Assembly (NCBI GenBank): GCA_965178125.1
Contig: OZ237745.1
Span: forward strand, 1,240,001 to 1,304,000
Source: Bilabrum cf. latius
Lineage: Eukaryota
Reading direction: 5' to 3'
Length of the DNA: 64,000 nt
The notes below the pieces were generated by a model that saw only the letters and a program-made list of their open reading frames with translations, was not told the origin of the DNA and made no database searches. A program made the position numbers and the translations under genes. This document shows positions 49,601-61,600 of the stretch, one piece after another. How positions within the stretch are numbered: the stretch's first letter is position 1; every line of letters starts with the position of its first letter.

Positions 49601-52600
49601 TCGCACCGCGAGGGGCATTGTGCCCAGCAACGAGACTCTGACACCAGCTGCGCTCGTGTCCACCTACTGGCCATATCCCGCTGCTCCAAGAAGCACGCTC
49701 TGCGCTGCAGTCTTTGACGCAGACTAAATATTCGAAGCTGAGTGAACGACCGACGAGGAGGCCCGGGCCAAGGCAGGTGGAGACGGTTGCACAGCCGAGG
49801 CAGCTTGCTGAGCGCTACCAGTGGTTGCATTTGCCACATTAGCCCTTTCTGATACCCTGATTGACTTGGGCAGCACACTTTCAATTGATTTCATCCTCTC
49901 CCGAGCGTTGCTGATAGCGCGACGCTGCTGCCCCGCCCTCGCAAGAGCTGGTACGCCGGCATAGACTGCATAGCTGGCAGCGCCAGCAGTGGCTCCAAGC
50001 CCAGAAGCAGTCGACAGCGGAGTGGCACCGAATACAGGATCAATCACAGCTGCCTGGTCGCTGGCAGTTGCAATCCTGTCCGAAACTGCAGTCGGCCGGT
50101 ACAGGTTCTTTCCACCTGTCGACACTGGCGCTGCACGACTGCTGCGTTGTGCAATGGTCACCGGGACGGCGGCACAGCTCGCAAGAGCTGCCTGGACCGC
50201 GCTTTTTTGCTCATTGTCCAGCCTAGGCAGCTTGTTTGGTGGCTCAGATGCACCAGAACTTCCACCCTTGCGTGACTTTGACTGCCGCCCGCCGCGGCCT
50301 CGACGAGCGCTACTTGCCTTAGCCTCTCCTGAGGCGCGTTCTTCATTGTCACTTGTCGCCCCACCAGCCAATGCGGCATCGACGCCGGACAAAGCCTGCT
50401 TCGCACTTTGTATCATGTCTGTGGTCACGGCGACCCCATCCTCCTTGCTCTCAGCGTGTTTGGCAAGCGCAAGCCTGCTTCGCTTCCTAGATCGCCTTGG
50501 CCCCATCACGCTTGAGGTGCCCATCAACTTCGCCATCTTGAGAGTCTTAGAGTGCAGAGCCCCCCTCGATGCTTCAACTTCCTACTTAAACTCAGCCAAA
50601 GCAGCCGCATGCTTCTCTTCAGCGGACATCTGCACGGTATCATGCTTTTTCTTGTTTCCAGCATTAGAGCCTCGCTTTCCACCTGGTTTCTTTGAGGTTG
50701 CACGCTTGCCACCCTTCGACCCTTTCCCTCCTTTTGCGCCACCGGCAGCAGCCGGCGCACTGCTCCCTTGGGCCAAGGCAATATCATCCCAACCCTCGGC
50801 AAGCTTGGACTCTTGCTCGCGCTGGAGATTCAACATCTTGCGATGAGACTGGAAGCTTACCATGAACCTGGAATGAGCTCTCAACATTGCTGCGTGCCAA
50901 CACTCCTGAGCCTCACGCCACATGCCATGTGACTCCAGATCAAGCCCGAGGGCGGTCATGGGGTCTGCAGACGCCGATCGACTGAGGCCGGCCTGTAAAT
51001 CAGATTCACCAAGCGACTGATACACCTCAGTCAAAGCGGACAGACGAAGTGCGTAGTACGAAGCGCTTGGTGCCTGCGCTGGGGTGCGCAGCTGCTCACC
51101 ACTAGGCAGCAGCTCTCGATTCTCCAAAGCACGCTGGGCTCGGGCGTTACCTTGTTCCTCGTCATCCACATTCATGGCTTCGTCTGCCCCGTAGGAGCCT
51201 GGTCCAGTCAAAGCGTGAGCGAGGTGAGCACCTTCAGCGAATGCGTACGTGCCTGCCCTTGCAGCCCCAGCGAGAAGCTCAGGCGGTAGCTCTATCGCGT
51301 TCGTACTTGCTGGTGCAACCCCACTCTATTCTTTCAGCGCAGTTGCTGTTCGCAGTGCTACCTACGCAGAGGCACTGGCACTGCCAGGCAACCGGGAGGC
51401 CTCCCGCGGGGCTTTCTGTGCAGCAATAGCCGCGCGAACCAGAGCACCGGTTCCACGGGAGTTAGTTGGTTTCGTAAATACAGGGATCCAAGCATCATGG
51501 GGAGCTGCTGATACCACAGCTTGCCGCTTCGTCTTCCCAAGGCTGCTACCGGTTTGACTCCTGCCACTTTGCACAGTATACGGTGCACTGCCAAATTCAT
51601 CACCCGGAAGTGTCTATTCACTTGTATCCACGCGTCCCTTGGCAGCAGTGCGGCGGCGCTTTGAGGCACTTGGGACCTCTCCCATAGACCTCTTCAGGGC
51701 TCTTGCGTTCGTGGCATTTGAGCCAGAGCGCAATGTCTCGGCGATGATGCGACCTACGCTTGCCGGCCCTCCAGCGTCCACCCCGGTTCCCATCACAAGG
51801 ATCTGCTATTCTAACAACAGTGAAGCAGGACCCCACGCGGCATACACCGTAGCCAGGTATCGCAGCAGCTCAGGCCGAAGCAATGGCGCAGGTCTGCAGC
51901 TCGCCAGCGCCCGAAGAATGAGTTGAGGCACCGTTGCCATCCGTTGGTACGGTGAGCAGTCAAGCGAAGCCCCTGCCACGTGGCCTCCTGGCTCATGCGC
52001 TTCAGGTGCCATCCAGCCCCCGTCCTACTGGGCCGCCAGATCACTGACGCTGTTGTCGAGCGCATCGTGGACGGCTCCACCTGTTGAAGCATCAGCACCG
52101 TGGTGCTAGGGAAGGCCCGCAGCAAATGCAGATGCGTCCAACGGAGGACTGACTCGCTGATACTGGTGGTAGTCCTTCACTGATAGTGCACCCAGCATGC
52201 CCGTGAAAAGATGCCTCTGTCTGTCAGACAATGCTTGCCACGCAAGAGGCAGCAGCGAGAGCCAGAGATCTGACGCAGCGTCCGCATTCACGCCTGCAAG
52301 CTCCCCAGCTGCTGCTACAATAGGCGCAATGCCCTGCTTATCATCGCAAACATCCCCAGAAATCCCTGCCGGCAGCATGCAAGCTTCCAAGAGAGGCTAC
52401 CTGGCTCGCTTCTGCGCTACCTCCAATGCATTCTCTGCAAATCCAGCATTTTCCGGATGAGACCAGGCGCCAGCTGACGGGGCTTCGTAAACTAGTGCAC
52501 GCGCGGGCTGATCGCGACCATACTGCACGCTCGCCACGACACAAGCTTCTCTAGCGGTATTATCAAACGCAATGCTCTGCATGGGTCCCGCTCGACTGGA

Positions 52601-55600
52601 CATATCTGCTGTAAACGAAGAGCTTGCAGTCCACACAGACCCTGCGTCTGAGCCTAGTCCGTGTACAAGCAACTAGGTTGCCTGCGGAATCCAAAAGTGC
52701 CCAGCTAATGTGTCCCATCTTCCCCCGACTACGTCTTGCAACGCTGAGAGGGCCCCGTTTCCTTTTCCGCCCGTAGCTCTGGGCATCTCATACCATTGGG
52801 AACGCAAGAAGTTCCTTATTTCGGGGTCCCGGGGCGTCCAAGCTTGGCCGCCAGCCATCGATCGTGCCGACGCCCCGGCGCCAGGCGAACTCTCCCAGTA
52901 GGATCTCGGCCTTCCTATTTCTTCGCGCCACTCGCGCATCTCAGTTGCACGTTCACACCGACCCCACGCTCGCTCAATGCTGAGAGCAGCGTGTCGCACT
53001 CTTGCATCTGCGGCTGCAGCTGATAGGACGACACGACGATGATGGAGCAGTCTAGTGGGTCGGTTGATCAAGCTACCTGCATCAAGTGACTTCTGCTAGA
53101 AGTCGGGCGAAGAGGAAATGACAGCCTGAACCAGACCGACGGCATCACTCGAAGCAGCGCGCATCATAGTCAGGTCCGCACCGAAAGCAAACGCAGCGGA
53201 AATGCCAATCGTTGGTAGCACCCAGCTCTGGATTGCGCCACGACACCACGCATGCCATGCACCATCAGTCCCTGTGGCAGATCGAAGTACAATACGGCTT
53301 GCGGCAGTCTACAATGGGTAGTAATGTCTACCAAGAGTCTGTACCCGAGCCATTGACAGGGAAGCTCCCCAGCCCCCGCTATCGTGGGACAAAACGCACA
53401 AAGATCCGAGAGCATGAAGGATTGACTGCCTCTCCTTCTGCGTTACGCCTAGTGCGCCTACCTCGTCTCCAACCACGACTGATGTTCCGCGCTCGAATGA
53501 CAATTGCGACCTCTCGCCGGCTTGCAACCAACCTGATGCCAGCCGCAGACAAACTCTGAGTACCAGTGGATCCTTTGAGTTTTGCATGAGCTTGCATGCG
53601 ACGGAGATGATGGTACTTCGGAATGGCGGCTGCATGAGTGCTCTCTCGCCGAGCATACGGAGAATCAGTAGGAGTGCCCTGCGGCGGTCCTGCGATCGGC
53701 TCGCTGCCGCCGCTGCGCCGTTGTCAGTCGAAGTGGACGACCCTGTAAGTCCAGATCTATTCGTCTGAGACGAGTCTCCTGCGGCCTCGTTGGTCTCGTC
53801 GTCTCCCTTGCCACGCTGCCTCTTACGTCGATCAGCATCATCGTTGTTTTGCTCGTCCTCGCTCGAGACAGACAAGTCAAACGCGCTGTCTTGCCGACCC
53901 CGTAAATGGTCAACGGCAAGCGTCTACAACAGGGAATGAAGTGTTGCAGCAACCACGTCAATAACGTGCGGGACAGCTCGGTTAAGCTCACGAACAGTTC
54001 GAAGCAGACCGATGAGATTCCTACAGTCCACGCAGCCGTGTGGAGTCGATGACTGGGAGCCAGGCCCATCATCGAGCGCAACAGACGGCCTTGCAGAGGT
54101 GTACCCGCGCTACTCGTTTTGTTCCCTCCTTTGCTTTGCGAGTTCACAAGCAGCGTCTAGGCCACCATATCGGTCGAGTTGGTCCAGAGCAACACCTTCC
54201 AGCCCGGGCGAGGCAGCCGCAAGGGTATCGCGCATTTTCCGCCAAGCCGATGCTGCCTGCTTGTCATCATCAGCCTCACCGCCCGTCATTTCATCCGGAA
54301 GAGCTGGCTCGTCGCCAAATGGCCCCGTTCTCGTCCCATCGGGCATCTTGATAGATCGTGGCACCTGGGTTCGTGGCTCAAGCTACTCCGCAGCTATTTT
54401 CGCAAGCTGACGCTGCTGGTCCGGCGGCTGTCGCACTGCAGCGCACAGCCTGAAACTCAAGCATGACACAACCCATGGAAAGAATCGCACGTGGGCGAGT
54501 CTCCACGGTGGCATAGCAGGTGGATAGAGCTGCAGGATGACCCGAAGGAGCCTCCTTAGGAGTCTATGAACCCGCAGGGAAGATGATGAAAAAGCAGGAG
54601 TGAGCCGCTGCATCAGTGCCCCGGCATTGTCCACCAAGAATCGCTAGCTTGGCGTCTGGCTCTGCGATGCAATCGCGTTCAATACCTCGAGCACTGCAGC
54701 CAGCGTTTCACTAGAAGTATTGCTGGCTGAGTCCGATGAAGATATTGTGCCCCGGGAGCTTACAGACTAAATCCGATGGAAGTAAACGGATCGCAAGGGT
54801 GCGTTCTTCCACACTTGGAGCACGTGTCGAACAAGGCGCAGGCACCGTCGAGAAACGCCTCTCGTCTCTGGCGATTCTGCAGTCACAAAGGCCTGCCTTA
54901 CAGCAAAGTTTGAGACCATTTCTACCATTTGGCGACCAGCAAGCCCATGAGACTACAATGCAGACGATGCTGGCCGTGAGGACGACTGGTTCTTGTCGGT
55001 CCATTCTGTCTACGAGTCACGAAGTAGTTTCTCAAGGTATGCCTGGCCGCGCTCTTGTGCCACCTACTTGCGCGCCCGTAGCTCCCAAATAACCATCACC
55101 GTTGCAAGGTCAACTGCTAGGAACCTATGAGGCATACTCAGGCTTTGTGGAAGACCAAGTCGAGGCAAAGCATTGACCAACAACGTGGTGAACTACTTCC
55201 TGAACTGGAAGAAGAGACGTTCGTGAGCAGCAATAAGCCTCCACAGATGCACAATTTGTGGGGTCGCGTGGCTCTCGTCGTTCAAGATTTTCTTCACCCA
55301 ACGAACTGCTCGTGCAAGCTCATCGGAAGATAACCAGCGACGCATGCTGCGAACAATCGTAGTCAACGCCCGCCGGACAGGCACTCTGGTAGTGGCACTC
55401 GTGTCAGGGCGGCAGTCTCTCAGCAGCGAGACAAATACCTGGAGCACAACCTTCGAAGGGGTGTCGAAGGTTGCTATGAACCGAGTTACAAGTCCATAAG
55501 CCCTGTACTTCAACGGAGTATCGCGATGACGCAGGTGTTGCCACGCAAATCTAATCAGTGTCCGCCTCTCTCGCATCAATGCGATTGGACGAACCGCGGA

Positions 55601-58600
55601 CAAGCATGACGATGCCCGGAGTAGTTGCATTAGCAAGCTATCGCCACGACGAGCGGAAGCTGACACCCCGCCCACAGAATCCCATACTCCTGCCACATCA
55701 GCATTGATACCGCCGGCATATGAGGATCGCGGTGGGGGCACGCCGTCCACAAGGGCGCGGCAAGGCATGACAGCACTTCCAGTAGGAGCCAACAAGCTCT
55801 CATCTGCAGAACCCGATAGCCCATCTGAAAGCTTGAGCATTCGTTCAAGCACGTCCAGTGACAGGCTCGCCGGCATGGAATCACGGGTCGGAAGTACAGA
55901 GCCGAGGAGCTCGGGGGGACTAGGAAGCCTAGCCAAGTCCAGCGTTGGCCGTGATGTCACCGCATGTGACGAATCACGTTGCTTTCCAGCTGAGCGTTCT
56001 GCACTCGACCCGTCTAACCCACTTGAACCAGCAGCACGTTCCAGGCGGACGCCCATGTCCAGCAGGCCAGCTGAGCTGACGCACGCCTCAACGGCACGCA
56101 AATCCTGCGATTTAGTGCGTTCTAGAGACAACGTTCGCCGCATGACTGGAGTAGCCACCAGTCGCAGCATGAGCGCCTACAGTTCGCGACCTGGGACCTC
56201 CCCATCAGTTGGGTCTTCAGTGAGCAGACCATTGGGCTGTTGGATTCCAAGCAAGAATTGAGGCAACCCATTACGTGCCGGGAGTCGCCGCTGCGCAGAC
56301 GATGGACCATCAGCTTCGCTCGACTCTGCTCCAGATGCAGCTGTTTTCTTCTTCGAAGCCGATGAGGACTCAGCTGCACTAGATGACCCAGATTTGCCGG
56401 CTTCCAATGCCAGCTTGGCTACTTTCTCTCTAGCCTCAGCGCTAGTGACAGCTGCAAGTGGGCGGGCCTGCGCCTGTCCAGACAAAATGTCTCTAGATGT
56501 CTTTAGGAGTGCACGGCGAAGTGCGGCAGGCGCGTACGAGGGGAAAATCCGTGACAGCAGCGCCAGTATCGGAGTCACGTCGAATGCTCCGTTTGGAAGC
56601 AACAGAATGGGCAGCAGGTCCAACACCGGGCCCATGCACCCGGGGCGAGCTGCTTGCATTGCTAGAGACACCAAGATGGCGATGCAGTCCTCCATCTCTT
56701 GAGCATACCCAATCGTATCCATAGTATTCGAGCCTCCTAAGGTACGGGCGGATGCATCAGCAGCCGGGGTCCCGTCCAACTTGCGAACCGCTTCGCAATA
56801 TGAATCACCTTCGTCCTCATCCACTGCAGATACAGCCACCCCGTTGCGGCTTTCCTTTTTGGGTGAGCCCAGCGAGTCGCTGGAGTCCTCTGTCCGGATC
56901 GTGCCGTCCCGCATGTGGGCTCGCAGCTCAGCAGCCCTGGCAGGGCTACAAGCGAACTTTCGAATGGATTCCCTTGCAGCCATGGCACCGGCGCTAAGGA
57001 TCCATTTCGGGTCAATATCACAGAGCATTCGACAGATTGACAGTCCTCGGCGAAAGAGTTTTCGGCGTACCTCAGGAGTGAGTTCGACCGCTGGTGGGGG
57101 GCGGCTAGGTTTGTCGCTGCCATCCTACTTCTTCTCAGAGCCCGCTTCCGCTTTATCATCCGCTCCGGTCGAGCCAACTTCTGATTCTGCCTTGTCAGGC
57201 GGTGCGGTTTCCCCAGCTGAAGACTTGTCATCTGAAGATGCCCTCGGCTTCTCACCATCCAGGCTATCGGTTGATTTCGTGCTGCTACTGCGGCTGCCAC
57301 GCCGCTTTGCCTCCTGATCAGACATCCTGCGATGAACCTTTTCATAATCAGCTCGGATAGCTGCCCGAAGGGCTGGTTGGCCCTCGTCCGGATAAAAGCA
57401 AGCGCTGGCAATGAGTCGGGACCCCTCTTCCGATCGCATGTGGTAAAACAGTGTGCGACCCTCCCGGCTGCGAATTGTGTATTGCAACAAGGTAAACACT
57501 CGGTCATCCAAGAGACTTGATGCGCACAGGAAGTGTCTGGTCGACAGCTTCGAGTAACTAGATAAAAGGGATGCCAGTGGATCTCTGAATGGACTACTCA
57601 GAGCACCGAAAGCCTGCGATACTGGTAGTGCCGCTTCAAGTCGCACAACAGCATCGATGGTAGCTGGAACAACGTGTGATTCCACATGATTGAGGTACGG
57701 CAGAACATTGATGATTCCAGTGGCTACCCGTGGCTGCGGCCTCAGCAGGTTGGTCACTTGAACCAGGAACGGCGGGAGCGGCTGTGCTGGCAGCCGAGCT
57801 CCAAGTGCTTGTGGTGGCCTAAACACTGAAGGGTGGATCACAACAGTGCTTTGCTCTTGCCCTGCGCTCCCAGGCCTGCCAATCGGCTTTACAGTTTGTG
57901 GCTCCTCTCCAAGCTTCACAGCGGCATTGAACGCATCGGCTACCTCGTTGCCACCGGCTTCCTTAAGCATGTCGCGGAGGACGTCTGGATCACACCATCG
58001 CTGGACGTCACTGAGCAGCTTGGAAGCCAAGTCGGCATTAAAAGCCTCACCAAGAAGCGTTAGAAGCGCTGCGATCGATTTCAGCAGAGGGATACTCAAC
58101 TTAGAGGGGTCTTGGAGCACCTCAGGCACCTTGCGCATCTAAAACCGAAGCGTCGAGGGGCTGATCTGCTGCTGCCTGGGATACTTCCGATTCGCTGTGA
58201 GCATCCGCATCAGTGCCCCGTGTGCGCACGCAGTTACGGCAGAGCTCCCCTGTCTCAAAGCCTCAAGCAGCGTTGTGGCACACTCATCCTTGATCTTGGA
58301 ATCGCTGCTCTGAAACAGCACTTTGGGAGCCACGCTGACTGTGGCGCGGATCGTATCAGCAAAAGCCATTCGAAGCAAGTACGGATAGCCAAGTGGCTTC
58401 AGCTCCACATCAGGCGGTGGCAATCCTACAGCGGACTCTCTTATGTGCTTTCCAGTCATGCCTTGAGGAGTCACGCCGGCGCCAACGCTTGCACCCCATG
58501 ATGCGCACTCCGGACCGTCTCTACCCCATGCCCAACCGCCTTCAGGTAGCAGCCAATCACCAGCACCAACGACTCTTGAGCTGAGCGCGCCAGCAGATCC

Positions 58601-61600
58601 AGCGTGTGGATGTGTGCTCGGCATCCACCACGGGATGATATCATTATGACAACCACCAGGGAAGGGCTAGTGCTGCCTGGAAGCAGCGCTCTGGACTACT
58701 TGCTCTGAATGGTTGTGTTGCTCCAACTATTGGGTGATCGAATCTGCAACTGCTCGCTCAGAGTAGCTCGCCTCGCTTGCCAGAGTGCTTGCACTGTCAC
58801 CTGCAATGCCCACAGTCACGTCGTTGATGCCATCGCGAGTAGCGACGGCTCGATGAGTTACTAGAGCATACTAGACAGCTTCTTCAGCGCTGCGAGCTGC
58901 AGGGTCACAATCGCCAAGCTGGGGTGTTCTGAGCTTATGGTCCTGTAACAAAGTCGCGAGCTGCTTAGCCTCATCACTAGCACCAGGTGCTGCCGCGGCT
59001 TCGTTTGCAGCCTGCAATGCGTCGCTGTAGGCACGGAGTGCGCCAGGCTCGTAGAAGTGGTATCCAGGTCGATGCGTATGGTGCTGATGGTGCGATCCAG
59101 AGCCTACCGGTCCTTCAACGCCAAGGCCCGGATCATCCCACATCACTTCAAAACCACACACGCTTAATGGCTGTGGCCATTGGAATGGCGCTGCCATGGC
59201 AACTGCACCAAGGTTGTAGGCCTCTGCCAAGCCAGGCTGGGGATACTTGGTAGGGTCAGCTCTACGAATGAGATCGAGCGCCTGCTTCAGCTTCCTCACA
59301 AAACTCGTATCAACGGGGATAATAGAGTGCTCAGGGTCCGCTCTCAAGCAGGTCAGCATTGAGTACAGCACGCCCAATCTAGACACGGGCGGAAGGTAGT
59401 GCAGCTAAGCATCGTAGAGAACGGCCTTAATACCCTCCCGATAGGGCGCGAGCAGCCGGTGCAGCTTCATCCCTCGCACCAGCGCAACAAGCTTCAGCGC
59501 AGACAGGGCTGTTGCGCGCACGCAGGCCCTAACCGCAACCAGGTCAGAGCATGCCCGCTCAGTCACCTCGCGCAGGAGATTATCTGCCTTACTCCCTTCA
59601 AGGATATCGCTAGTGGCAGGGTTCAAGGGAGGAACATCGCCCGGTGCCACCCACGCGGCAGTAGGACACGCGAACTCACCTATGTCCACTGGAGCAGACC
59701 CCAACTTTGATGCGGCCTGCTTTGACCTGCCGCGCCCTCTGCTGCCGATAGCCCCGCTCGGTTTTGGCGTGGCTGGACTAGCGCCGTTGGGCCGGGTCCC
59801 GGTGAGTGCAAACATCACTTGGGTGGCTAGCCAGCCTGCCGGAAGCACAGAGTGGAGTTCTTCCACCGCCTGCTTTGGTAAGACCCCGATCTGCCTCAGC
59901 ACCTGCCTTTCCAGCGCCACATTCCCCGCTCCGAGTCCACACCACGCAAGAATCTCATACGGGGGTGCCCAGTCGGAGCGAGCCAGAGCCCACGATGGAA
60001 TCAAACTGAGGTAGTCCATAGGGTCGCCATCGGATTCAGCACTATACCCGCCAGCTTCGTCTAAGCCAACCGCTTCCCTCAAATGAGATGTTACGTTTGC
60101 GAGTGCGGCCACGCTCGAGCAGCCGGGTAGCGCCTGGAATGGCGGGGCTTTGGGGCTCTTTGAAGTACCCCTGCGTCCATCAGATGCTCGCTGCTCTTTC
60201 CCACTTTCTTTCGAGCGTCTTGACTGTTTGCCCGCACCAGCAGCCTGGGCATCTTGGTCTTTCTTAGCCTTATAGATCAAATTACCGATATAAGCTCCGT
60301 CTGCTGCTACTGCCGCCCCGTTTGCGAACAGCCCCACAGGAAACTTGATGTCCCCTGGGAGACACGCCACGGCAACACTGTGGCGACCACCACTCACAGG
60401 AACCTGCCGCAACGTGGTATCACGGGGGAAGGCAACTTCGCTGTCAAGTCCGATTGGAGCCGCTGGGCCTCCACCCAGGCTTTCGCCATGACCCAGGGTT
60501 CCATACCAGGACTATGAGGGAGCTGGGCTGCCCAGGGACCAGCCAGGCAGACTGGCACAAAGGCCGTCCCCGCCTCTAAAGGCCTAGGTTGGCTTCCACC
60601 GCGCAGCCCTGCGCTGAGCTGCCAGCGAAGTCTGCAGGTGCAGGAGCCTAGCCTTGGCAGCGATAGCGTCAGGCGTTGCACCAGCTGTACGGTCCGCAAA
60701 TTCGCCACTGAGGCTAACAAGTTCCAGATTAGCAGCTTTCACACGGGCAACTTGGGCTCTCGCTGCCTCCAATGCAGCTTTGGAGCCCGGTACCCACAGT
60801 TGGTACGGGTCCTGCCCAGCCGCGGCCCACGCCCTCCGAGCAGACGCCAACTAGGGACGCATTACATCTCCAACTACCACTGGCCTCGGCAAGAGTGGAC
60901 CGCCGCTGTGTGGACCCAATGCGCCTGTTCTTGCTCCATCCAGCAGCTTGGCCTGAGGCTGCGACTCCTTCTGACGAGAGGCTGCCTTCGAGTCCGAGCT
61001 CTCGCCGGCAGCAGAAGACGCGTCTGCCACCTCCATATCTGGAAGTCCAGCCGCATGACCCGGAAGAAGTTGCGAGTGCCACCTCCACAGTGGGCGCGCG
61101 TAGAACTGTCGACCAGCACCACCGCCGCGCTCGAGCCTATCTGGCAAGAAAGGAGCAGGCCCGGGCCGCGGAATGAATGGAAGCAAACCAGCACGCAAAC
61201 TGGTCCTCACCAAAGTAATCGCACCTCGCACAGCCTACGCGGCTCCTTGCGCTCGATGGTGGTGAAGCACCTGCACTGCAGCTCGATACAGCTCAACCCG
61301 ACCACTTTCAGACCAACTAAAATGCAGCATTCGGCAGCAAGCAATAGCAAGCGCGGTGCCGCCGGTCTGCGCAGTCCACCTCCGCGAGTGGCACGCCAAG
61401 CAAACCTGAGCGCGCAAAGCAGCGAACAGGTGCCTCCCAGCACGAGCGATGGCATCACGCTCAACTCGCGCAGCTAGGCCTGCAGCTACGCACTTCCCGG
61501 TACTTTCGTCGGCGCTTAACAGTTTGCTTGCTTCTGTCGGCACCACCCCCGACCTTTCCAGGGCAATCGAGGAGACTAGCCTTGTAGTGTCTCGGACCTC